Origin: Chiloscyllium plagiosum
Lineage: Eukaryota
Length of the DNA: 40,294 nt
Assembly: GCF_004010195.1 (NCBI RefSeq)
Contig: NC_057752.1
Span: forward strand, 7,419,337 to 7,459,630
Direction of reading: 5' to 3'
Shown here in pieces: positions 25,046-36,829 of this stretch. A program made the position numbers and the translations under genes. The notes beneath the pieces were generated by a model, which was given only the letters and a program-made list of their open reading frames with translations, was not told the origin of the DNA and did not search any database. The number at the start of each line of letters is the position of its first letter. The stretch's first letter is position 1.

Positions 25046-25984
25046 ATTCAAGAAAGTTTCCTAGAACAATATGTTATGGATCCAACCAGGGATCAAGCTA
25101 GTTTGGATCCATTGATGTATAATGAGACAGTTTTAATAAGTGATGTCAAAATGAAAGATCCCTTTGGAAACAGTGACCATAACATGGTAGAATTTAGCAT
25201 TCAGTTTGAAAGGGAGGAATTTGGATCAGAAGCAATTATACTATGCTTAAATCAGGCTAATTACAAAGGAATGAGGGTAGAACTGGCTGGTGTGGACTGT
25301 GAGAGGGGGTTAGCAGCAAAGACAATTGAGGAACAATGGCAGAATTTATGAATATAATTCTTTGCTCGCAGCACTGATATATTCCACTGAATAAGAAGGA
25401 TTCTGAGAAGGGGATAAGCCAACCACGGTTAACCAAGGAAGTTAAGGACAGCATCAAATTGAAAGAAAAAAGCATACATTGTGGCAAAGATTAGTGGTAA
25501 GACAGAGGATTGGGAATGTTTTAAAAATCAACAAAAGGCAATCAAAACAGACAAGGAGAAAATAAACTTGGAAGTTAAATTTACAAGTCATATCAAAAGC
25601 TTCCTTAAGTGTACAAAAGGAAGAGAAAAGCCAAAATGAACAAAGCCCCCTAGAGAATGAGATTGGGGAAATAATAATGTGTAGTTCTTCACATTAGAAG
25701 ACACTACACTATTAGCATTCCAAAATTACTAAATAAGAAGGAGCAAAAGGAGGAGAGGAAATAAATATAATAACTATTGCTCAAAAACAGTGCTCGGGAA
25801 GTTAATGGGGGCAAAGACTGGAATGTCCCGTGGACCTAATGGGATGTTTCTTAGGTACTAAAAGAAGTAACAACAGAGATAGTGAGTGCACTGGTAGTAA
25901 TCTTCCATGAATCCTTACGTTCTAGAAAAGTCCCAGAAGATTGGAAAACTGCCAATGGAATATCTTTATTGAGGAAGGAAATTA

Positions 25985-26455
25985 TTCAACTGGAGAGGGT
26001 TTAGAAAAGATTTTCCAGGATGCTGCCAGAAATGGAGGGTTTGAGATATAAAAATAAATTGGAAAGGCTGGGACCTTTTATACCTGGAGCGTCGGAGACT
26101 ACGTGGTGACCTTATTAAGGTTTATAAAATCATGAGAGGGATAGATAAGGTAAATGACAAGGGTCTTTTCTCTAGGGTGAGGGAGTTCAAAACTATGGGG
26201 TCATGTTTTTATGGTGAGAGGAGAAAGGTTTAAAAAGGGCATGAGGGGTAACCTTTTTACACAGAGGGTGGTTTGTATGTGGAATGGTTACAACACTTAA
26301 AAGACATTTGAACAAGTTCATGAATAAGAAAAGTTTGGAGGGATATGGGTCATGCGCAGGCAGGTGGGATCAGTTTAGTTTTGGAACATGGTGAACGTGA
26401 ATTGGTTGGACCGAAGGGTTTGTGTCCAAGTTGTATGGCTGTATGATTCTATGAG
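25985..26455 (+). mobile_element. nested CR1 3' fragment
   Basis: LERV*KRFSRMLPEMEGLRY...GDLIKVYKIMRG, then a CR1 3' UTR. Confidence 0.85.
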
Positions 26456-26489
26456 ACATATGACTATCAGACAGTCAGCTTAATGTCTG

Positions 26490-26710
26490 TGTAATAACTC
26501 AGGACATCTGACTGTCAAAGAGCATCGTCTATTGTTGAACACCAAAGTAGAGCCAATACTCGTCGCACGCAAAGGCTAGTCCCATCCTGGGACAGATAAG
26601 GGCTCAGTTGATGAATTCCAGGCTGGCAGGCTTTTGTCTGTTACAAGGGAACTCACGATCAATGAACTCTATGAGAAGATTAATTAGTGATTGTTGTAAG
26701 GGTTATTACA
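26490..26710. mobile_element. 221-bp solo LTR with 5-bp TSD
   Basis: TGTAATAAC...GTTATTACA perfect 9-bp terminal inverted repeat. TSD GTCTG at 26485-26489 and 26711-26715. It interrupts the CR1 RT (SLMSV|VRK). Confidence 0.8.
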
Positions 26711-27989
26711 GTCTGTTGTTAGGAAATGTTCGTGTATTATAAAGAATATAATAGCAGAGCATTTGGAAATGCATAAAATGATTCAGCAGAGTCAGTGTAG
26801 CTTTATGAAGGGGAAACCATGCCTGACAAATTTACTAGAATTTTTTGAGGAGGTAACAAGCAGGTTAGATATATGGAAAGTAGTGGATGTAATATACTTG
26901 GATTTTCAGAAGGTGTTTGATAAGGTACCACACATTAAGCTACTTGATAAGGTGTTGGAGGTAGTATATTAACATGGTTAGAAGATTGGCTAAATAATAG
27001 AAGACAGAGAGTTGGGATAAGGAGGGCATTTTCAGGATGACAGTCTGTGACCAGTGCAGTGACATAGGGATCAGTGCTGGGGTCACAATTATTTGCAATA
27101 TATATTAATGACTTGGATAAACGAACTGAATGCACTGGTGTCAAATTTGTGGATAACACAAATGTAGGTGGGAAGGCAAATGGTGAGGATGACGTAAAGA
27201 ATCTGCAAAGAGATATAGACAGGTTAAGCAATTAGACAAAATCATGGCAGATGGAATATAACGTGGGAAAATGTGAGGTAGGAAGAATAGAGGAACTGAA
27301 TATTATTTAAATGGAGAAAGACTGCAGAAAGAAGCAAAGAGAGGAATTTGGGAGTTGTCATCATAAGTCACAAAAAGTTAACATCCAAGTTCAGCTGGTA
27401 ATAAGGAAGGCAAACAGAATGTTGGCCTTTATTTCAAAAGAAATGGAGTATAAAAGTAAGGAGGTTTTGCTGAAACTATGCAAGGCACAAGTCAGACCAC
27501 AACTTGAATACATGTACAGTTTTGGGCCCCTTATCTAAGTAAAGATACACTGGAATTAGAGACAGTACAAAGAAGGTTCAACAGGCTGATATTAGGAAGG
27601 TGCGAACTTGTTGAAACGTACAAGATTCTTTGGAGATTTACAGGGCAGATGCAGAGACCTTGTTTCCTCTTGAGGAGAGTCCAGGACCAGAGGACATAAT
27701 CTCAGAATAAGGGGTTGCACATAAGACAGAGATGAAGAATAATATCTTCTCTCAGAAGATATTGAATCTGTGGACAACTCTACCACAGAAGGCTGTTGAG
27801 GTGGGGTCGTTAAGTATATTCAAAGCTGAGACAGGCAGGTTTTTAATCTTTGAGGGAATCAAGAGTTATACGGAAAAGGCAGGAAAGTGGAATTGATGGT
27901 TATCAGATCAGCCATGATGTCATTAAATGATGGAGCAGATTCAATGTGCTTGAATGGCCTATTTCTGTTCGTACATCTTATGATCCTAT

Positions 27990-29200
27990 GAAATGTCGCT
28001 AAACATTGTGACTCCTCATCCAGTGGTAACTGCCATAAGCCACTATTTGTATGAAGTTCAGTGAAGATCATACTCTTTGCATGTTTTGCTAAACTTCCAT
28101 CCATTGATACATTAGATGTACTTTGCATTCTACAGGTATGTTTAATGGAATAAGGACTATACAAATTCTAGTAAAGCTGTTAGGTTTTGGAACTGGGATC
28201 ACACTTGACTATCACTTCACCAATCTGACTACTGGCAAAACGATCTCTCGAGGAAGCATTGCTTCTATTTCATTTCTCAGTTTTTTCAAAGAACTTGCAG
28301 TCTTTCCTGGGATAAATGGGTTTAGCAACAGAAAAGCAGGAGAAACTCAGGAGGTCTGGCAACATCTCTGGAGAGAGAAATGTTTTGAATCTGATATGAC
28401 TGTTCTTCAGTGACCTCTCAATGTGCTTTCATGTTTGCACTGCATAAGATGAATGGATTTCAACAGTTTTTTCCATGGGATTTCTCAAGTTTTTTGAATA
28501 AAAGTCCTGTTTTGGTTTCTTATTTTGGCCTATTAGCCAGTTGCACCACTTTAGACAATGTTAGGTCTTCCTCGACTGTAGACTACTACAATGCCTACTA
28601 CAATCCTATCCCTGATCAAATTGTAGTTTAGTGTCCCGTAATTCCAATTTTCTGCCAAATGGTAAAGGTACTTAATAAATGAATCTATGCCTTCTCCAAA
28701 TTTCTGGTTCCTTTGGTTACATTTTGCTTGCTTAATAAAAATGTTGCACTGAATACTAAAGTATGAGTTGAATAGTCCAATTACAGATGGCTGTCTCTTC
28801 ACTCAGCCCTTGTAAGAAGTTTATCTGCATTGCTGTATATGGCAAGGTAGTGACCTGAGTTTTATTGGTTTTTGTTGCCAAACCTGAAGCAATTTGTAGC
28901 AAGTAAATTGTTTGCATCATTTCAACCATATTTATGTTTTTCGTGGACTTACCATGAGTTTGAATGTTTACGGAAGTGACAAAATCAGGTCTGTTCTTTG
29001 CCATGGTTAGAGGTTTTGTTCCTGTGCTGCTTGCTTGCCATGTAATTGGTTGTGTGTTTTGAACATTTCTCTCTGCTCCATCCAGTCACCATGGTTGTCC
29101 TGCAAGTGTGTCTCACTGTTCTGACTTGCTGCTGGGTGTGCCTTCAGTCTATTTCCTTCTGTTTCAATTTGCTACTGGGTCTCTTCACTGATACCACCAT
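27990..29200 (-). mobile_element. heavily deleted Ty3/Gypsy (Mag-like) internal remnant: gag and RT start
   Basis: gag-like NQRNQKFGEGIDSFIKYLYHLAENWNYG...IRDRIVVGI; RT-like FTELHTNSGLWQLPLDEESQCLATF; PBS-like TGGTATCAG at 29196-29188. Confidence 0.8.
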
Positions 29201-29254
29201 CTGTTGTCATCCATTATCTGTGAGAATTTTTAAGATAACAAAACAAATTCACCA

Positions 29255-29445
29255 TAGTCGCAGGGGAGTGCTCTCTCATTACAGCGAAACAGCTGGTGGT
29301 GGTTTAACCTGGGGGTCACCATGCCTCAGGCCAGGGGAAAGGTTGAGGAGGACAATCCTTCATGGTAACCACAACCAGTGTGGGAATTGAACCCATGCTG
29401 TTGGCATTATAGACCAGCTGTCCAGCCAAGTGAGCTAACCAACCA
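29255..29445 (-). mobile_element. tRNA-derived SINE
   Basis: Minus-strand A box TAGCTCACTTGG and B box GGTTCAATTCC. Confidence 0.75.
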
Positions 29446-29480
29446 CACCTTATTAATAATGCGCTACTCAATAGAAGAGA

Positions 29481-29642
29481 TGTTATGAGGGTCTGAAGAC
29501 TTTTCAAAATAGTTCTTTATTATACTTAGATTAGCTGTATACATTCTAACTAAGCATGAATTCTAAGCTATTGCTCCTCTCTTTGGAATCTCTCCATCAT
29601 CATATGCTCATGACATTATCATTGATGTAGGTTCCTACAGAC
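29481..29642 (-). mobile_element. possible 5' LTR of the Gypsy remnant
   Basis: TG...CA ends, minus-strand AATAAA near 29516, and position upstream of the PBS-like site. Confidence 0.3.
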
Positions 29643-31848
29643 ATGCTTAAGAATTAACCTTATTTGTATAACTCTGAAGAATTAGCCCAATTCTTTGCAT
29701 TTGTGTTAACTTGAGAAAGACTCAAGTTTCCCTTGGTTGCCCCCTTACAGGTATATTATGACGCTTAGCTTTCACAAGTACTTGGGGACAAAACTCTGAG
29801 CAGTTGTGCAATCAGGAGGAGAATTTGACCCAGATAGTCAGATAGTCAGATAGCCAGACAGTCACCATTGTAGCATAAATCAGAGTTTCACATAGGGATC
29901 CTGTGGAATCACCATTCTAGCACATTCCAAAGGAGATGCCTGGGAATTTGAAGATTCTGCTGGGAATTCCTCTACATCTGGATGTCCCAACCACCACTTA
30001 GTTTTCTTGGGCTCTTTCACTCAAGTTACAGCAGATGATCAGAAAAGCTACAGTGGTAATGCCACACCCTGTGTCCACTTGAATATAGGATACCAACACA
30101 CTCTACATAATATTTTATGACTTGTTCATGTAACGTTAAGGGATAAGCCAGTGTACTTCCCCCACTTTACATCTCCTAGCATTTACAGAGATCTCCTGCC
30201 CAATGGAACAGATTGTTGTGCAGAAATCAAAGCATGGTGAAATAACTTTTCAGAAAATACATTTTTAAAAGATTTTAGAATGAGATAATTTTATTAATGG
30301 AGTCATGTTACACAAGCCTGGAATTTATATGTTAAAGAATAATACTGTTTTATTATTTTTGTCTAATTCACTAACCCATAACGCAAAATGTTTGTTTAAT
30401 GTCGGCCACACAATAAAGATAACTACTGACTCAAGTCACTGAATGCAATAGGTCCTCACTTCTACAAAAGCTGGAGGTTGTGGTCATTGGCTCTTTAAAA
30501 CCAATAGACAATGAGTATATTCAACAACTTTGATTATGACACGAGTACATACACAATTGTTCATTACATATTTTACTGAAAACATGCATAGTATAGTGAT
30601 AAACAATAAAATCAGGATATTTTGCCATTCCTACAATGCAATGAGAACAATCAGTCAAAGCTCCACAGAAATTAAGTTTGTCAGTTGAACACTTCATATA
30701 TTTATTTTCTTTGTCCTTTTTGTTCTTGTTTTAACAGTTTTGTAGTTTCTTCCTCCGGGTTGTCAGCTGGATGACTTTGATTTTTTCAGCCTTCAAATGT
30801 ATTCATGTGTGCCATGCAAACACTGCTCCGAGCCACTGGGACTGAAACATCAGTTTCTTAAACGCTTCAGTGAAACTAGGATAATTTTAGTTGGCAGAAG
30901 AGTTTAGCTATCGGATGGGTGGGTGGGGGAAAAAGACAGTTCCTTTTATATTTCTTTAATTTTTGTGTTTATTTATACTCCTTAGCACACGCTGCTTTTT
31001 CCTCATTATGCATCTTACAATATGGATAGTTAATATTGATAATTAAATTCTGGTAACAAATGAAATCAATTCAGTTTTTTTGAGATGATAACAAGCAGTT
31101 ACTTCAGCTAAAATGCAGTAAGGAAAGAAACTATAATTAGGGCCTGAATTTAAAAAGAAAATGAATCTGAAATTATATTGGGATATTCGCGCACAAATAC
31201 TTAAAACACGAGCCTGAAATTCCTCCCAGTGCTATTTACTGGAGGCAGTAGTCTGTTCAAAGAAAAAAAGTTAATGTCTTCTGTACAGAAGGGAGAGAAA
31301 TTTTGGAAAAGCATTTTAAACTGTATGTCACAGTGCAATCTCAGAAGCATGGACTATTGTGAACCATGGCCACTTAAAGCCTACCTGTTCTAAATGTATG
31401 CTGCTAGTCATGCCTTGTTTATGGATGTGCAAGGCCAGCTAAATGTACAGGTTATCTATGCCAGTGAAACCTAAAACAGTATCACACAAGCATCTCGTGC
31501 ATAAATTCGAGCAAACAGAAATTTCAAATATATTTCAAATGGATCAATAGATTAATTAATATCAAATCTTACGTGCCGAGAAAGCCAATTCTTGTGTACT
31601 CATGTGAATCAGCTCAGATTAGTCAAAATGGAGGAATTGTTCGATGAGAAATGTGTTTTGGTGGCCTGAGGATCTTGTACAGATTTGATTGACTGAGGCA
31701 ACTGAATTGATTTAAGCAATGGACCCAAGAAATAGTTTCTTATCCTTCAATCACTGCTGTCTAGTCTCTCATCTTTGGTCCTTATTATGATCTCCACATT
31801 CCACAGTAGAGGTCTTGTCATTGGTTGACAGCATTGCTGAGAACTTAC

Positions 31849-31973
31849 GTGACATGCAGTGAAAATACCAGTTTACATTTCGCTGATATGAACCCTCTGT
31901 GGTATATGTATAGTGGCTGGAGACACGATGAGAGGGTTTCACCAAACTAGTCCATGTTTGCCTAATATCGTCT
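31849..31973 (-). CDS. candidate 125-nt internal exon of an unidentified gene
   Basis: Acceptor catttcactcttccattcattcag| and donor |gtaagt. One open frame: DDIRQTWTSLVKPSHRVSSHYTYTTEGSYQRNVNWYFHCMS. Confidence 0.35.
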
Positions 31974-33549
31974 CTGAATGAATGGAAGAGTGAAATGCTC
32001 AACATCAACAACCTTCCAATCACTGATCTGGTGTTATTCTCCATTGTTTCAGGAAGTTTAACTCATATAAATAACAGTTACAAGTGTTCAAATAAGGCAC
32101 CGTCTTCAGGAGAATTTTTCCTGTTCATTTCAACAAATTTAGTGTGTTAGCAGATTTAATCTTTTTCCTAGTATGTGAGGGATGCCTACTCTGTGAAGTA
32201 GAATATTTGACCATCCCCCCCAGAGAGGTGCAGTACAGTCAAAAATGCAGAGTAAAGTTGCTTCCAGTTTTGCCCCCAAAATGTGCCTTAACCACACCAT
32301 CCCACTCCACTGCCTGTCCCCCACCCACCACCATGAACACCACCAGCCTAATAAGAGTACACCTTTCTGTCCTGATATGACACTTTCCAATTTTCATTTC
32401 CTGCAAAACAGCCATTCTTGAAGGGTGACATAAAATTTTGGAAATACCCTGTGGGTCTGCAACATCTGTGGAGAATGCCAGCCTCTGTGTTTTGTATTAA
32501 CAACAGTTAAGTTGTAGGCTACCAGAAATATTTAGCAGAGCAAGAGGCAAGCAGCTTGTCATAGTGAGGAGCACTGAATGTTCAAGGGATTGGGCATGAT
32601 GCTTTTTGGCCCTGGCTACGTTAATGTCAAGCCTACAGCATGTGGCAGCAGCCACAAATGCAACAAACACAGTGCATGTACTTCAAGCAAATAGCCATGT
32701 GCAAAAGCCAAAGAGGAGCAGTTTTTAGTGAGGTCAGGTAGGATTACAGTTGGTCAGGAGCTGCCATGACAGTCAGACAAAAGGCTTGTCCGATTATAGA
32801 CAAGAGGTTAGCCATGGTCAGTCAGGCGCTTGGTGCTACCAGAGTTTGGGAAATTGTGCCCACGTGACTTAGAGATTGAAAACAGTCAGCTCTGCAATTC
32901 AATGGAACCAATCTGGGGAGTACAGTGAATTAGTTAGGGTGCTCTGAAGAACACAGGAAGCGGGCTGTGCTCAGTCAGGTCTGTCCTGCCAAGCCAGTCC
33001 AGGGGTTGGGCCATGGTCAGTCCTAGAAGTTTGGCCAATAATTGTCAGAAGGCAGTCCATGGAATCTTCGGGAAAGTCTGCAAGTAATGGCTGGGGATGA
33101 GATTTGTTGCACTAGATCACTGAAGGTGTGAGTGGTAGGAGGCAATTCAAGATAGAAAGTTAGCACTTTATAGACAGTGACAATGAACTCTCGGAGTGTG
33201 GGAAGCCTTATAGGTCATTGTCACTCTGGCCTGCACATGGGGAGGGTGTAGGCCCATCAAGGATATGGGAATTCCTAACGTTCAGGGGGTAAATTGGACA
33301 CATTAATGATATCATGCAGCTGTATCTTACCAAAGATGCCTCAGTAACTACCTACCCCAAACAGAAGACACCCCTCAAGTCCCATTCTGTCAATATTTCG
33401 CTGCACACCATTTCCGTACCAAGTTGTCACTCACTGGATATCTACTGAAAGACCAGCATCCCTTGTGCCTGTGCCAAGGCCATTGTGCACCCAGACAAGC
33501 ACTGTGGGTCCAGAGTTACAATGCACACTTCCCAACATTTGCCCTGGAT

Positions 33550-34080
33550 ATGGCAGACAGCAGGAAATTGGCACCAGCTTTGTGGATAGGGATCTGGAGT
33601 TTCTGCTGAATGGTATGGTGTAGACATGGGTTGTCCTCATCCCCCAGGGCCAGTGGTGGAGGCCACAATATCAGATTATGCCAGCCTGGTCTGAAGTTGC
33701 CACTTGGGTCAGTGCAGTGTCAGTCGTCTGGAAGAATGCACAACAATGCAGGAAGCAGGTCAATCTACCAAAGTAAGTGTCATGTTCTCGCCGATACCAC
33801 ACATTCACTCTATCTCTGCTACTGTATCCACTCTAACAAAGGCTCATGTTCTATCACTCTCACTATTGCCTGCAACATCCTCCCCCTTGCACTGTCATAC
33901 AACTGAGCCCTCTGACACCATGCCCTCTGCACTGCCTAATCACTCACTCAGGACACCTCCCTATCTGCACGAAAAGTAACAGCTGTGCCAACCACTTTCA
34001 TCTCCCTTAATACCTGTCTGTCTCTTATTCCAGGCAAAAAACAGCCCACAATAATGCAGGATGAATCAAGTCATGGGCTA
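33550..34080 (+). pseudogene. PIF/Harbinger transposon Myb/SANT-like DNA-binding gene remnant with intron
   Basis: MADSRKLAP/FVDRDLEFLLNGMV*...PAWSEVATWVSAVSVVWKNAQQCRKQVN, donor GTAAGT at 33773, acceptor TTCCAG at 34033, then (K)TAHN. Confidence 0.65.
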
Positions 34081-35019
34081 CCCAATATTTGGCTCCTCAC
34101 TGTCACATGGAGAACATCCTGACTCTGAGCATCCCGAGTTGCTGACTGGCTATCACAAAGCTCCTGGACTGGTGTCAGGGAATACCCTTGATTTACTCTG
34201 CTGGGACCAGCTGACCAAAGATATCTCCCTTGATCTGACTGATGATTGCAGACAATCATGACAAGCCTCCATGACAAGACTTTGTATCTGTGCAAAACAG
34301 CAAGGCAATGCAACAATGCCTGGTATCTCAGGTTGCAGGAGCAAACCACAAAAAGGCAAGGCAAGGCAGGGATGCTATGAGCATCCAGGTAGGCTCAGAG
34401 TCAGTGAGCAATATGACAGTCTGTGATGCAGTGCTGAAGTGTGGAAGTGTCCTATAAGTGGATAGGAGATGAGCCTTGAGGGTTCTTAAAGGTTGACACA
34501 TGTCTGATTTACACCATTGTTCACATCAATAAAATTTAGATCAGAGACAGCAAGGAGAATGGCTTTTTAGTTAGATGGTATTTTATTCACTTGTTAGGTG
34601 AATATAATACTGCAGCAGTAAATATCACAAATTCCATGCTTTTGTACATAATTTTGTGATAGCGAGTCTCAGCCACCTCGGCTAAATTTTTGTGCAAGCT
34701 TGAGGCAAAGAATGATGTGCCTGGTCATAGAGAATAGTATCACTTGAAAGTTATTACTGAATATTGTCAATATAAATTCACATAACCTTACAAGAAGCTA
34801 CGATTTTTGCTTGTTGAAATGCCTGTTGGGAAACAAAAATGTGCAAATATTTGTAAATTATTTCTTGGCTCCCCTTTGAAAGTTGGATGAGTGTTACTGA
34901 TGGCGAAGCCAAGGACAAGACCTGTTGGTTAGCCTAGTTTACATATCCGCAGCCTGTTAGGCCATGCAAGGGATTGTCCATGCATTACTTTGGCTATGTT
35001 TCATAAATCGTAAATTACT

Positions 35020-35337
35020 AATAGCGAATTTTGAGAAGATTTGTGGCTCAGGTTGAGGCTCTGGATGTAGGTTTGCTCGCTGAGCTGTTAAGTTTGGTTT
35101 CAGACATTTTGTCACCATACTAGGTAACATCATCAGTGAGCCTCCGGATGAAGCACTGTTGGTATGGCCCGCTTTTTATTTATGTGTTTAGGTTTCCTTG
35201 AGGAAAGCTAAACATATAAGTAAAAAGCAGGCCATACCACTAGTGCTTCATCTGGAGGCTCACTGATGATATTATCTAGTATGGTGATGAAACGTCTGAA
35301 ACCGAACCTTCAAGCTCAGTGAGCAAACCTACATCCA
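35020..35337. mobile_element. fold-back Penelope-like insertion with 10-bp TSD
   Basis: ~138-bp arms (35061-35198 / 35201-35338) around a 2-nt loop. TSD GTAAATTACT at 35010-35019 and 35338-35347. Hammerhead core CTGATGA...GAAACGTC at 35263-35296. Confidence 0.88.
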
Positions 35338-36067
35338 GTAAATTACTGACTCTGATATGTGCTGGACTTGTGATAGAGGAAACTTGTTTTCATTTTGTCA
35401 AACGTGGATTAAGGATTGAGTGAAGTCAGAAAAGCTGTGTTTTATTTTCATCACATGGAACTGATGGAATGCTAAACAGAACCACCCTGTACTATATGGC
35501 ACCTTTAATGTAGTGAAACATCCCAGTGTATTTCATAAGGGCGTCATCAAGCAAAATTTGAAATTGAGTCATGTCAGAAGATATTTGGACCCCAGAGAGG
35601 TTTTAAGGAGTATCTTAAATGGAGGAAAGCAAAGTGGGAATGTTTAGAGAGGAAATTCCAGACCTTAAGGCCTTATTAATTCCTCAAAGAAATCCAATTG
35701 AAGCTTTCATTAACAAACCCATGCTGACTGTTCTTGATTAATTTATGCCTCTAAATGATAATTAATAGACAATGATTTCCAATAATTTGCCTAGCAAATG
35801 GCTGTTAACGGAGGTTAAAATGGCTAGCTTACAATTACCTGAACTATGTCATTTTAAAGAACAGTATAAAGTTTTTAAGTCCTCAAGTCATCTGATACCA
35901 TGACAGGGAGGGTTGGTAAATGATGGTCAGAACCTCCACTATTTCTTGTTTCTCTTCACAACTTAGGATGCATTTCATCCAGGTGTGATCATTTATCGAC
36001 TTGCAAACATGCTAACCCCATTAATATTTTGACATTCCATATCTGGTTGTTTCATCTGCTAGCCCTC

Positions 36068-36770
36068 CCCAGTTGACAGAATTGCTAGATGGATGTTACA
36101 AGGAAGAAAAATAGAGGTACAAGGGATTAAAAGTACTACCATGTTAGCAGATAACTTAATTTAGCATGAGACACCCTATGACTGTCAGATGGTGATAGCA
36201 AATGATCCCAAGGGATCGTTTGTATCAAAACAAAAAGGAGGTAATACTGGTAAAGAGACCATAGGGAATACCTAAGACAAGAGAAAGACGGAGATCGAAA
36301 TAGAAGAACAGCAAAGAAATACCAAATGACCCTTAACATTTTTTGTTTATGGCTCTTCATCTGCACAGGACGGAGAACAGAGAACTGGCTGTGGAATCTA
36401 TACAGATGATGAACAAGGTTGGGAAGTGGATAGTATAGCTCTCAAACTGCCAATAACCATAAGTGCTCAAGCAGCTGAGTTGGCAGCAGTGGCATATTTA
36501 GTGAGCCACCCAGATAACATCCCCCCAGGATTTGTTATCTATTCAGATAGTATGTATGTCTGCAACAGTCTGATGGAATACTTACCCTTGTGGGAGGCTA
36601 GAGGCTTTGTGTCAGCGATGGGAAGGTCCTACCGTCTGCCCCATTGCTGAAGTACATCTTTGATAAGGCGAAAGGATAAAAATATGGAGTGATGAAAGTG
36701 AAAGCTCATTTTAAGTTATCATTGGAGGAAAACAGAAAAGCAGATGAATTAGCCAAACAAGGGCACTAGC
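36068..36770 (+). pseudogene. pol: pol: end of connection/tether domain and retroviral-type RNase H
   Basis: RIARWMLQGRKIEV...LADNL; FFVYGSS (first Asp lost), SAQAAELAAV, IYSDSMYV, WEARGFVSA, KVKAH, NRKADELAKQG. Confidence 0.85.
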
Positions 36771-36829
36771 AAGAGAAGAATGGCAGCTGCAGATTGGGGA
36801 AATAAGAGTGCAGAAAGAGAAAGAAGTGG

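Larger units (their letters stand above)
23710..27990 (+). mobile_element. decayed CR1 ORF2 through 3' end, hosting three nested insertions
   Basis: FGNSDHNMVEF; CLTNLLEFFEEV...YLDFQKVFDKVPH; VRPQLEY. Confidence 0.9.

Noticed and set aside
30738..30920. Plus-strand exon after a strong pyrimidine tract (TTTTAACAG)
   Set aside because: No recognisable peptide, only a weak donor, and it conflicts with the minus-strand model; left unresolved.
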